This document shows, piece by piece, positions 10,071 through 19,492 of a stretch of 64,000 nucleotides of DNA (within the stretch, counting starts at the first letter, position 1; each line of letters begins with the position of its first letter). The DNA lies in the NCBI GenBank assembly GCA_050246315.1, contig JBFWWG010000011.1, positions 98,112 to 162,111 on the forward strand, given 5' to 3'. The notes beneath the pieces are model-generated. The model made no database searches. It was not told the DNA's origin and saw nothing but the letters and a program-made list of their open reading frames with translations. The DNA comes from Nitrospiraceae bacterium (GTDB lineage: Bacteria > Nitrospirota > Nitrospiria > Nitrospirales > Nitrospiraceae). The position numbers and the translations under genes were made by a program.

Positions 10071-10429
10071 CAGAGGAGCTGCGAGGACTGAGGACCGAAT
10101 CGGAGCACCCTCAGGCGCAAGGTTTCGCTCAGTCCTCATCGCTCAGTCCTCAGACGTATGAAATCGACATCGAAGTACTCGAGCTGCATGGCTTCCCGTA
10201 TGGGGACAGAGACCGCATCGCCCTGGCCTTAGAGCGCGAGTTGGGAAGGCTCTGCTTGGAAGAGGGAATTCCGCCGGCCTTGGTTCATCCAGCTCATATC
10301 GCGCGGTTGAGCGGGGGATCATTCACGGTTTCATCCGGGTCAAGGGCCGAAAGGGTGGGCAGACAAGCGGCGCAAGCCGTGTACGGCGCCTGGCGGACAG
10401 CCGGCGGACCGAGTCTGTCTGAGCGATGA
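10067..10429 (+). CDS. Small eCIS-associated hypothetical protein
   Basis: ATGA overlap with the ATPase stop; IDIEVLELHGF...ALERELGRL pattern of the type found after CIS ATPases. Confidence 0.6.
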   Translation: MTEELRGLRTESEHPQAQGFAQSSSLSPQTYEIDIEVLELHGFPYGDRDRIALALERELGRLCLEEGIPPALVHPAHIARLSGGSFTVSSGSRAERVGRQAAQAVYGAWRTAGGPSLSER

Positions 10430-10454
10430 ACGACTAACGCGAAAGGAGAACGTC

Positions 10455-10886
10455 ATGGCGCGTCGAGCCACGCGAGCACCGGAAGCCGCACGAACTTGTG
10501 CGACCGGAATCTGCGATCCGCAGAGGACCCAAGGACTTAAGGCCCCCGCGCCGAATGGGAAGCATGCGCTGGTGACACTTAGAGGGCCGGGTGTGTTTCT
10601 GGCGGCGCAGGTCTCGAAGCAAGGAGGCAATACCGACCTGACCTTCGTCAATCTGGATATCGACGACAGGAACGTAACCAGTCTGTCCTTTGCAGCAGCT
10701 AATAACTGGGGACTCACCCAGCAGAATCCGTACGGCATCGCCCTGCTCAAGGGAAGCGCGATCGACACGCTGACCGTAGGCCTCCCCTCGCCCTTGCGGT
10801 TCGAGCGAGAGCTCAGGCTTTCCGTCAATGTGAATGAAACCGGAGTCGTTCAGATAGTCGCCAACGTCATTCACGGTACTGCCTGA
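10455..10886 (+). CDS. Hypothetical beta-rich protein (143 aa)
   Basis: AAGGAG RBS, in operon orientation; no recognisable family. Confidence 0.6.
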   Translation: MARRATRAPEAARTCATGICDPQRTQGLKAPAPNGKHALVTLRGPGVFLAAQVSKQGGNTDLTFVNLDIDDRNVTSLSFAAANNWGLTQQNPYGIALLKGSAIDTLTVGLPSPLRFERELRLSVNVNETGVVQIVANVIHGTA

Positions 10887-10907
10887 TGCGCGAGATCGGT
10901 TGAGCTA

Positions 10908-12524
10908 ATGACCACGCGAATACAAAACCGAGTCCCCCCACGCGTCGAGGCGTCCGGAATTTCCGCTCGAGCGGGAGTTCTCCAGCGCCAATGCGTGTGC
11001 GGCGGACCGGCCGGGATGACCGGAGAGTGTGAGATGTGCAAGAGCATAAAGCTCATGGGCAAACCGCTTCAGCGCAAACTTGTGAGCAGCGAACCTGATG
11101 ATCGGTACGAGCAGGAAGCCGATCGTGTCGCGGAGCAGGTGATGCGGATGCCGGACGCCGACGTGAGTAGATCACGCCACGATGCTGCGAGTCCGCTGGT
11201 CCAGCGCCGGACGACGGAGGGAGGCACCGGTGTGATGGAAGCGCCGCCCATCGTCCACGATGTGCTGAACTCTTCGGGGCAGCCGCTCGGCGGGGCCACT
11301 CGGGCCTTCTTCGAGCCGCGGTTCGACCATGACTTCAGCAAGGTGCGGGTGCATGCGGGGGGGCTGGCCGAGCAATCGGCGCGGGACATGAATGCGCATG
11401 CATATACCGTGGCGCCCCACGTCGTGTTTGGTACGGATCGGCTCTCGCCGGAGACACTTGTGGGACGCCGGTTGATGGCTCACGAACTCGCCCATGTGGT
11501 GCAGCAATCAGGGGGAAATGGGATGACGGGCAACGTCGTGCAGCGCCAGCCGGCCAATATGACCGAGGCCTACTACCAGAGGCTGGTTAAGCAAAAGAAG
11601 TGGTGTCGCGATTCAGAGAAATCGGGGGAGCTTCATCCGGGGCTGCAGTGTTACCGTGAGATACCAGCGCGTCGCGGCTATCCACCTGCAAATCAAGTCT
11701 GTTTCAGCAAGGAAACCGGGAAGTTCGTCGAGGAAAGCCCGGATTTTGTCTCAGCGGTTTGGGGGCAGAAGAAAGACGGCATCTGCGATATCCCGATGGG
11801 ATTGACCGACCCACCTCAGCCCTTCACCCAACGTGGCCGGCGTCCGCTCGGTCATTTGATCGCCGATATCGCGACCGAAGATCCCAATCTGATTGGCAAA
11901 CACTTTGGGCGACTGTCCGGCGTGGCCATGGGTATTGCGTTGCCCAAGGGGCTCGACTCGGACCTTTTGGCTTTCGCCGTTCCGACGATACTTGGTTTCG
12001 TTGCTGGAGAACTCGGCGAACGAGGGTTGCCTCGGTTGAACGGCTTGGCTCGAAAGCACGGATTTGTGCCGACCATCAGTCTGGAAGCCGGCAGCAACAT
12101 CGGCCTGGGTCTCGGCATCGGACTCGAGAAAAGAGATCGCCCCCTGCCTCTTGTGCCCATCAACACATACCTGACGTTCAGCCTCGATTCGACCTTGGAC
12201 GTCGCTGGCGAATCAGGGGGCAGTGGGGCTTTTCTGGCAAAAGTCGGCGTCCGTATTGATCCGGGCAAACAGGGCGGACTGTTCGCGCTGGGATCAGTCG
12301 GCGCAGGGCTGGCATTGGGCGAAGAGGCGTCCGGAGCGGTTTCGGCGGAAATCGGCGCGGGGATTCGGGCGACAGATTTCCTCGACGTGCAACTGGTGCG
12401 AGAGACCGTCGCCGGCGATGAGGGGGAAGGTGCCACCTATTGGCTGACCTTAAAACTCGTCGCTCCGCAGCGCGTGCTCAAGGGGCATCGGAAGATTCCA
12501 GTCTCCAAGAAAGGGCCTCGATGA
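10908..12524 (+). CDS. DUF4157 (eCIS core) protein 1 with Cys-rich N-module and beta-barrel-like C-terminus
   Basis: LQRQCVCGG..GECEMC, YEQEADRVAEQVM, FFEPRFDHDFSKVRVH, LMAHELAHVVQQ. Confidence 0.9.
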   Translation: MTTRIQNRVPPRVEASGISARAGVLQRQCVCGGPAGMTGECEMCKSIKLMGKPLQRKLVSSEPDDRYEQEADRVAEQVMRMPDADVSRSRHDAASPLVQRRTTEGGTGVMEAPPIVHDVLNSSGQPLGGATRAFFEPRFDHDFSKVRVHAGGLAEQSARDMNAHAYTVAPHVVFGTDRLSPETLVGRRLMAHELAHVVQQSGGNGMTGNVVQRQPANMTEAYYQRLVKQKKWCRDSEKSGELHPGLQCYREIPARRGYPPANQVCFSKETGKFVEESPDFVSAVWGQKKDGICDIPMGLTDPPQPFTQRGRRPLGHLIADIATEDPNLIGKHFGRLSGVAMGIALPKGLDSDLLAFAVPTILGFVAGELGERGLPRLNGLARKHGFVPTISLEAGSNIGLGLGIGLEKRDRPLPLVPINTYLTFSLDSTLDVAGESGGSGAFLAKVGVRIDPGKQGGLFALGSVGAGLALGEEASGAVSAEIGAGIRATDFLDVQLVRETVAGDEGEGATYWLTLKLVAPQRVLKGHRKIPVSKKGPR

Positions 12525-12558
12525 ATGCAGCCCAATTGAGGGCTGAGCCGAGACGATC

Positions 12559-14142
12559 ATGACAGGACTACGACGAATGCAAACGACGGCATCGCAAGGC
12601 CGGCCATTCACCTCGGCACCTGCGGGGTGCCACTTGCAGCGCCGGTGCGCCTGCGGCGGATCGGCAGGGATGAGCGGGACATGTGCGGAATGCAGCCAGA
12701 AGAGACTCCTGGGAAAGCCGTTGCAAGCCAGGTTGCGAATCAATGAACCGGGAGATCCATACGAGCAGGAAGCTGATCGCGTCGCCGAGCAGGTGATGCG
12801 GATGCCGGATACTGAAGCGACCAGGCCGTGCGGCGAAGGCGGGAGTCCGATCGTGCAACGACGTGCGACAAGTGGTGGCACCGGTGTGATGGAAGCGCCG
12901 TCCATCGTCCACGACGTGCTGAACTCTTCAGGGCAGCCGCTCGACGCCTCGATCCGCGCCTTCTTCGGGTCGCGCTTCGGCCATGACTTCAGCCGAGTGC
13001 GGGTGCATGCCGATGGGAAGGCGGACAAGTCCGCGCGAGCAGTGAACGCCCATGCCTACACGGTGGGACCCAACATCGTGTTCGGCGCCAGGCAGTTCTC
13101 GCACGAAACGCGGGAAGGCCGGCGGTTGCTGGCGCATGAACTTGCGCACGTCGTGCAGCAATCGGGCTCCGAGCCATTACTGAGAGACCGAGGCGGTAGC
13201 CGTTCTCGGCCATCCCTTCTCTCTACGCCTTGTATCCAGCGCGACGGAATGGGAGACGTCCGTTTGGCGGAGGCGCGGGACGAGCTGGAAGAACAAATTC
13301 GCACGACGCCCGCGTTCGTCGCTCTGGATCCGGACAGCGTCAAGTTGACGGAAGAAATCATCATCGAAATACGCAAGCGATCTCTTCCCGATACCTATCA
13401 TTTCCTGTCGAAATTGAAAGTACTTTTCGATACGCCGCTCAAGCCTCCGGCCGTGATTACGACGGAGACACAGGCTGGGACGGCGACCGCTGTGAAGGCG
13501 GAGAAAACACGATTGGCCAAACCGGCGGCGGCCCGGAATACGACACGTGAAGAGAAGGCGGCCGCCGATCCGAAAAGAACCTGGGTCCCAATCGCCGGCA
13601 AGTTTGGCGGAGGGACCTATTACGTGGATCGGACCTCTGCCACCAACATCGTTGTGAGAGCCGATATTCACCTGATCGCGAAAGGCACCGGCACCAAGAA
13701 GGATGTGGATTCTATCAAAGCCATGGAAGATGGGATCGAAAAGGCCGCCTCCAATAAAGGGTACTGGGTAGACATTCGCTTTGTAGACACGGCAGCGGCA
13801 AACACGTTTCAGGTGGATGTGGATCCTTCGCAGTGGGAAGTGGCGACGAACTGGTCCGGTGGTGACCCGGTGGGTTTTGCCCATGAGCTGCATCACATGT
13901 TTGCTTTCGACCTCGACCGATACGACTATACCCAGCATGCCAGCAACGAATCCATGCCAATACCCGATCGCTTGCATTGGTTCCGGGAGGAGCTGAAGAA
14001 ACCGGCAAACTACAACGACCCTACCTCCATCATGAATTCCGCTTCTCATCCGAACGATGATGATGCATGTCGGGTGGCGGGGTTGGATGTCGCAGTCTGT
14101 GTCCCTGCACGAGTAGCGGCACGCGCGGCGGGGAAGCTATGA
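12559..14142 (+). CDS. DUF4157 protein 2 with C-terminal zincin-like (HELHH) domain
   Basis: Same N-module and DUF4157 motifs; second HExxH in GFAHELHHMF, followed by SIM (Met-turn-like). Confidence 0.88.
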   Translation: MTGLRRMQTTASQGRPFTSAPAGCHLQRRCACGGSAGMSGTCAECSQKRLLGKPLQARLRINEPGDPYEQEADRVAEQVMRMPDTEATRPCGEGGSPIVQRRATSGGTGVMEAPSIVHDVLNSSGQPLDASIRAFFGSRFGHDFSRVRVHADGKADKSARAVNAHAYTVGPNIVFGARQFSHETREGRRLLAHELAHVVQQSGSEPLLRDRGGSRSRPSLLSTPCIQRDGMGDVRLAEARDELEEQIRTTPAFVALDPDSVKLTEEIIIEIRKRSLPDTYHFLSKLKVLFDTPLKPPAVITTETQAGTATAVKAEKTRLAKPAAARNTTREEKAAADPKRTWVPIAGKFGGGTYYVDRTSATNIVVRADIHLIAKGTGTKKDVDSIKAMEDGIEKAASNKGYWVDIRFVDTAAANTFQVDVDPSQWEVATNWSGGDPVGFAHELHHMFAFDLDRYDYTQHASNESMPIPDRLHWFREELKKPANYNDPTSIMNSASHPNDDDACRVAGLDVAVCVPARVAARAAGKL

Positions 14143-14227
14143 CAATAGCGAGCGCTGAACAAACTGGATCATGCTGCCGAAGGAAACACGGCGATGCTTA
14201 AGAGATCGCTGACCGCTTCATTCCAGG

Positions 14228-15637
14228 ATGAGAAATTCTTGCGAGGGGGCTTCCCCCGTATGCGAAGGTTTCTTCCGAGCCTCAGTGAGGTATGCCTCAG
14301 GTGAGGAAGACCCATGTGACGAGGTGAGGAACCATATGCTTGCAGTGGCAGACAAGATGCCTGACTCAACGAATGCGTCCGGGATGCCTTCTTCGGGCAT
14401 GTTCGTCCTCCACCGCAAATGTGCCTGCGGGGGATCGGCGAGGATGAATGGGATATGTACTGAGTGTCAGCAGAAGAAGCTTCTGGGCAAGCCTCTGCAG
14501 GACAAATTGCGGATCAATGAGCCGGGCGATGTCTATGAACAGGAAGCTGATCGCGTCGCCGAGCAGGTGATGCGGATGCCGGATACTGAAGCGACCAACC
14601 CAGGCCACGATGCCGCCAGTCTGCTCGTCCAGCGCCGGTCGACCGCGGGCAGCACCGGAGCCGCCGAGGCGCCGCCCATCGTCCACGACGTACTGAACTC
14701 TTCAGGGCAGCCGCTCGATGCCGCCACCCGAGCCTTCTTCGAACCTCGGTTCGGCCACGATTTTAGGAATGTCCGCGTGCATGCAGATGGGAAGGCGGAC
14801 GAGTCCGCGCGAGCGGTGAGCGCCCATGCCTATACGGTCGGTCACCACATGGTGTTTGGTCCCGGCCAGTTTTCGCCGGAGACGCATGGAGGCCGACGAT
14901 TGCTGGCGCACGAATTAACGCATGTCCTCCAGCAGGGAGCTTCCGGGCACAGCGCCACAGGGAGTGGCTCCCTGGGTATCCAACGTCAGGGTGTGAAAGG
15001 CCGGACTAGACCGCCGACGACAGAAACCGAAGGTTGCGATCCTTCATTGCAGAGCGACTTGAAAACAATGCACCACCCGGCCCGTGAGCATGTCGAACGC
15101 GCCATCGCGAGTTTAGATCCTGGTTGGAAGCGCATGACTCCCGCCAACCGGGCGGCGTTCTCGCAATACTTCGACCCATCGAACAGCGGGCAAATCGACA
15201 ATGGGTTCGTCCGTACGGTGAGGGATCGGTACAAACTGATACACAGCACCATGCAGTCCCTGCGCTTTGACTGCGATCCGGAGTCATGGACTCTATGCGG
15301 GACATCCAAGAAATGGTGCGTCGGAGGGCGCTTGATGTGGACGTGCTTCGGCAATCTCCATGTCTGTTCGAATGCCTACAAGACCGCCACTTCAACTTCG
15401 AAGATCGAGACCATTATTCACGAGTCGGTGCATAACGCCTTGCTGACGACGGATCGAGCCTATTCCAACGAAGCAGGGTTCCGGGATCTCAGTCCAAGAG
15501 GAACCGGCTTCTGGGGACGGGTTCTGAACTTTCTCGGTAACATCCCTGTGTTGGGGATTCTGTTCCGGTTGCTACCGGGGAACAAAGACACCATGAACAA
15601 CCCCGACAGTTACGCGGGTTACGCGATGCAGGTGTAA
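14228..15637 (+). CDS. DUF4157 protein 3 with C-terminal M35 (aspzincin/lysine-specific) metalloendopeptidase; true start possibly 14357
   Basis: DUF4157 motifs; IIHESVH..TTDRAY and NNPDSYAGYA match the M35 HExxH+D and NADSY signatures. Confidence 0.85.
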   Translation: MRNSCEGASPVCEGFFRASVRYASGEEDPCDEVRNHMLAVADKMPDSTNASGMPSSGMFVLHRKCACGGSARMNGICTECQQKKLLGKPLQDKLRINEPGDVYEQEADRVAEQVMRMPDTEATNPGHDAASLLVQRRSTAGSTGAAEAPPIVHDVLNSSGQPLDAATRAFFEPRFGHDFRNVRVHADGKADESARAVSAHAYTVGHHMVFGPGQFSPETHGGRRLLAHELTHVLQQGASGHSATGSGSLGIQRQGVKGRTRPPTTETEGCDPSLQSDLKTMHHPAREHVERAIASLDPGWKRMTPANRAAFSQYFDPSNSGQIDNGFVRTVRDRYKLIHSTMQSLRFDCDPESWTLCGTSKKWCVGGRLMWTCFGNLHVCSNAYKTATSTSKIETIIHESVHNALLTTDRAYSNEAGFRDLSPRGTGFWGRVLNFLGNIPVLGILFRLLPGNKDTMNNPDSYAGYAMQV

Positions 15638-15818
15638 GGGGTCGATACGGCAGATGATGGAGAGGGACTGTCCGCACGGCTGAGGAAAGTCGTACCGCAA
15701 GAGCTCGATCGAGAGAACAAGACCGTGCGAGTCCGTGTCATGAAGATGGCAACAAAAGCGAAGGCAAGCGACGTGTCCAATTGCCGGCGATCGAAAATGC
15801 GAACCACACTGAAGACGG

Positions 15819-17873
15819 TTGCTGATCCAAAGGGTGGCGATCGTGAGTGATCACCGTTCCACACTTCCGGGAAGAAGCGAGTCGGCGGACAAGAAGCGTG
15901 TGTCTACAAAGGCGCACCAACATGACCGCGCCCCATCAGCCCCCTGGCTCCAAGCGCTCAAAGCGTCGCGTTCGCTTGTCGATACGGGTTTGGTGAATCA
16001 GGTCATACAGTCACCCGGCGAAGTTCTCGATGAACAGTCTCGGAGGTACTTCGAGCCGCGCTTCGGCCATGACTTCTCTCGAGTGCGGGTGCATACGGAT
16101 CAGCGCGCCGGAGGGTCGGCCGACCGTCTTCAAGCGGAGGCTTATACCGCAGGGTCCCATGTGGTGTTTGCCCCCGGACGTTACGCGCCCCAAACAGAGC
16201 GAGGCAGAGCGCTGCTAGCCCATGAACTGGCGCATGTGGTGCAGCAGCCGGGCGTGGCAGAGGCATGCGGACACATGCGGCTCAGCCGCACCGATTCTCC
16301 AGCCGAACGGGCGGCGGACCTCGGCGGCCATCGTGTGACCGCAGGTCTGGCAGCGGGAGAGGCGGGAACGGCCGAAGCCGGGGTCATTTACCGCACGATC
16401 AAAGACGACCTGCGCGAGGCGATCGCCGGCTGGGGAACCGACGAGGAGGCGATCTATACACGTCTGGCCAACGCCAGCGCCGATGAAAAAACGTCCGTCC
16501 TCTCAGACCCGGTCTTGATGCAGGATCTCTACGATGATCTCAACCGGAGCGAGTGGGGAAAAGTGCTGGGCTTGCTCGGCGCCAGCGCCGAATCGCGCGT
16601 GCACGCCGCGTCGGAAGGCTGGGGGACCGACGAGGAGGCGATCTATGACGCCCTCCGGGCGACCGGCGTGGATGCGTTGAAAAGCATGCTGCGGGGATCG
16701 ACGGTATTGCTGGAGTTACGCGACGAACTGGATGACGACGAACTGGGACAAGCCTTGGCGATCATCGCCGAGAAATTCTTCCGAGAAGGGGTGAACGTCG
16801 ATGCGGACATCTATCATGCTCTGCTGCTGTTCCCGGACGCCATCAACGAGGCGTTGGACCATTTTGCAGGGATGAGGATCAATCTTGCGACTTCGGTCAT
16901 CCCCAACCTTCCCCGTGGCCACAATATGCCGGCTGCGGTCGTCGACGACGTCAACACCCATATCGCGCACGATTCCGATCTCGCCCGAGTGGAAGCCGCC
17001 TTCGAGGCCCGCTGGAATCTCAATCTCACCGCCCGCGCAGGTGCCGCCGGTCCGGCGCCGCGGTGGACCGTGGGCTTGATCCGCCAGGTGCATCGCGCTT
17101 TGCAGCAAGTGCCGGCGGGCCATGTCGTCCGCGCCGCGCAGACGACCGCCGGCATCAGCGCGGGCGAGATCGCCGCGTTTCAACTGGATGCGCTCAAAGC
17201 ACAGCAGGGATCCTGGAGCGCGTCCACAGGAACGATCCGCGTGGGCACGGCGTTCAGCAACGTCGCGGGCCTGACGAGGCACGAGGTCGGCCATGCGATG
17301 GACGATTTTCTCGGCGCAACGACCGCGGGATTCAAACGGAACGCCACCAACGGATGGAGGTGGGGTGCCGCCTCCACAACGTGGGAAACGATGATGGCGG
17401 ATCCCTGGCTGAGAAAAGACGGCAGCCAGGTCCCGGCCGCCGATCAGACAGCCATCAAGGCGGTGCTGGACGCCTATGTCCTGACCGACGGGAGCGGAGG
17501 GCTGCGCACCGGGACGCCGGCCGGCCATGCCATCCGCACCTACTGGAATGACGACGTGCCGATGATCGAGGCGGCCAAGGGATTGGCTGGGAAAAAGGAC
17601 GACGTGTACACCGCGCTCGGCAGCGTGAAGCAGTTCGGCGGGCGTTACTACAGTTGGAGCACCTACTATCACGAATTCTACGTGTACAACGCGATCGTGC
17701 AGGACAAGCGGGTCAGCAATTATTCGCTCTATGGTCACCCGGAGTTCTTTGCGGAGATGTACGAGGCCTACTATGCAGAAGGTCCGGGCCCGAAGCGCGG
17801 AGACAAACTCAAAGGAGTGCCGAATTGGAAGCAGTTCTTCGATACGACGGTGCATCCGACCGTGATGACGTAA
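15819..17873 (+). CDS. DUF4157 protein 4 with two annexin-like repeats and a C-terminal gluzincin-like protease
   Basis: YFEPRFGHDFSRVRVH, LLAHELAHVVQQ; GWGTDEEAIY twice; RHEVGH and PEFFAEMY. Confidence 0.85.
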   Translation: MLIQRVAIVSDHRSTLPGRSESADKKRVSTKAHQHDRAPSAPWLQALKASRSLVDTGLVNQVIQSPGEVLDEQSRRYFEPRFGHDFSRVRVHTDQRAGGSADRLQAEAYTAGSHVVFAPGRYAPQTERGRALLAHELAHVVQQPGVAEACGHMRLSRTDSPAERAADLGGHRVTAGLAAGEAGTAEAGVIYRTIKDDLREAIAGWGTDEEAIYTRLANASADEKTSVLSDPVLMQDLYDDLNRSEWGKVLGLLGASAESRVHAASEGWGTDEEAIYDALRATGVDALKSMLRGSTVLLELRDELDDDELGQALAIIAEKFFREGVNVDADIYHALLLFPDAINEALDHFAGMRINLATSVIPNLPRGHNMPAAVVDDVNTHIAHDSDLARVEAAFEARWNLNLTARAGAAGPAPRWTVGLIRQVHRALQQVPAGHVVRAAQTTAGISAGEIAAFQLDALKAQQGSWSASTGTIRVGTAFSNVAGLTRHEVGHAMDDFLGATTAGFKRNATNGWRWGAASTTWETMMADPWLRKDGSQVPAADQTAIKAVLDAYVLTDGSGGLRTGTPAGHAIRTYWNDDVPMIEAAKGLAGKKDDVYTALGSVKQFGGRYYSWSTYYHEFYVYNAIVQDKRVSNYSLYGHPEFFAEMYEAYYAEGPGPKRGDKLKGVPNWKQFFDTTVHPTVMT

Positions 17874-17935
17874 CTCCGTCGGCGCGTCTTCAGCTCGTGC
17901 GGGAAGCGACGGCTTCCGTAGTCGCGGGCGCCGTC

Positions 17936-18769
17936 ATGGACGTCGAGACGGCCGGCCGCCTGATCCAGCCGGAGTTGGAATCGTACGGGGAGGTGATCGC
18001 GGCGGTCGAGCAGAACGTCGCGGGCTTGCTGGTGCGCGGAGAAGGGGAGAGCTTTACGGAACGCGTCGGCGAACTGATGGAGGCGTGGGGCATGTCGGAT
18101 GAAGCCCGGCGTTATCATCGTCATTTGGCCGCCGCCTTCGAGCACAAGCGCGTCTTCTTGAAACTGGAGTGGTGTGAGGTCGATTGCAGGGTCGAGCGCC
18201 AGATCGCCGTGTATTATCGCCGGCGCCCGCACGTGCACGAGGCGCTTCAGATCCTGACACGATTCGCGGGATATGGGCTGTCTGTGGACGCATTGCGCGA
18301 ACTCGGTTCAATCCTGGGCAAGGACACCGTGCACTTCGTGGCCTTCACGGCCCGACCGGATCGGCCGTTGTGGCACAAGTTCTATTTCTCCCAGTATGTG
18401 ACGGCCGAATCGTACGCGCGCGTGGAGGCGCGGCTGCAACGGGCCGCGGGATGCACCACGGCAAGCTCTGGGTCGGTCGCGCGGTGGACGGTCTATCAGG
18501 ACCGATTGGCGCCTCCGTACCGGCCGTGCACCCTCTTTGTCTCGCGGGCCATTTCAGAAGACGGGGTCGATGATTCGATCAAGATCGACTATCCGGAGGT
18601 GCCGCCGGTAATAGCCGCCGGTTTGCTCGATGGCGCCGAAGCGGAGCGCGCCGGCTCTCGTCTGAGAAGGCTGTGCGACGCGGCCGGCCGCCAGGCGCTC
18701 TCGTACCTCGGCGTACGGATCGGCGCCGGATCGCGCCTCGTGCTGAAGGGTTACGCGGATTTCCCATGA
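17936..18769 (+). CDS. Hypothetical protein (possible ABBA/PT-barrel prenyltransferase-like)
   Basis: ATG at 17936; stop overlaps the CpXC start; repeated K-x-Y/aromatic strand motifs. Family call is weak. Confidence 0.5.
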   Translation: MDVETAGRLIQPELESYGEVIAAVEQNVAGLLVRGEGESFTERVGELMEAWGMSDEARRYHRHLAAAFEHKRVFLKLEWCEVDCRVERQIAVYYRRRPHVHEALQILTRFAGYGLSVDALRELGSILGKDTVHFVAFTARPDRPLWHKFYFSQYVTAESYARVEARLQRAAGCTTASSGSVARWTVYQDRLAPPYRPCTLFVSRAISEDGVDDSIKIDYPEVPPVIAAGLLDGAEAERAGSRLRRLCDAAGRQALSYLGVRIGAGSRLVLKGYADFP

Positions 18770-19482
18770 GCCGATGGGAAAAACAGCGCATCGCCTGTCC
18801 CCACTGCGGCGCGGTGCAGGAGGCCAAAGTGTTCGTGAGCGTCAACGGCGCCCGCATCAAGGACGCGGCCGACCGGATTATCGAGGGCCGGTGGAGCGAG
18901 ATGTCCTGTCTGAAATGCGGAAGACGGTATCGGCACGATGCGCCACTGTTGTTTGCCGACATCCCCGGCGGACTGTGGATCGTCCAATATGATGGTTCCG
19001 AGCGGGGTCGATTCGCCGTGCTCGAGGAAGAGGCCGACGCCATCTTCGAGCGGGAGTTCATGGAGCGGCCTCCGGCGGCGATCCGGGAACAGGCGAGGAC
19101 GGTCCAGCGTCGTGTCTGCTTCGGCCGCCGGCAATTGGTGGAGAAATTGCTGTTGCGACGCCACGGTTTCGACGATCGCACGGTGGAGTGCTTGAAGCTC
19201 GTTCTGATGCGCGAATATGCGCGTGACTTTTTCGCCGTCGGGCCGGCGGAGTTTTACCTGCGCCAGGTCGAACCGGGCGGTCTCCACATGGTGGCCGTGC
19301 CGATCGGCGAGCCGCATCCGGTTTTCGAACTGAGGGTGGAGCGGCCGACCCTCGACGAGATCACCCGAGACTCAGAGCGGTTTCGGGCGGCATTCCCCGA
19401 CCTGTTTGCCAAGCTCTATGTGAGTGCGGCGCGTTACGTCACGGAATCGGAAGGGGACAAAGTTGCCCAAACGGTCGGATAG
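18766..19482 (+). CDS. CpXC domain protein
   Basis: IACPHCG...VFVSVN...CLKCG...PLLFAD pattern; ATGA overlap. Confidence 0.8.
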   Translation: MSRWEKQRIACPHCGAVQEAKVFVSVNGARIKDAADRIIEGRWSEMSCLKCGRRYRHDAPLLFADIPGGLWIVQYDGSERGRFAVLEEEADAIFEREFMERPPAAIREQARTVQRRVCFGRRQLVEKLLLRRHGFDDRTVECLKLVLMREYARDFFAVGPAEFYLRQVEPGGLHMVAVPIGEPHPVFELRVERPTLDEITRDSERFRAAFPDLFAKLYVSAARYVTESEGDKVAQTVG

Positions 19483-19492
19483 GAGCGGCCGC

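Noticed and set aside
14169..14418. Immunity gene between DUF4157 copies 2 and 3
   Set aside because: Only short antisense ORFs without RBS or plausible composition.
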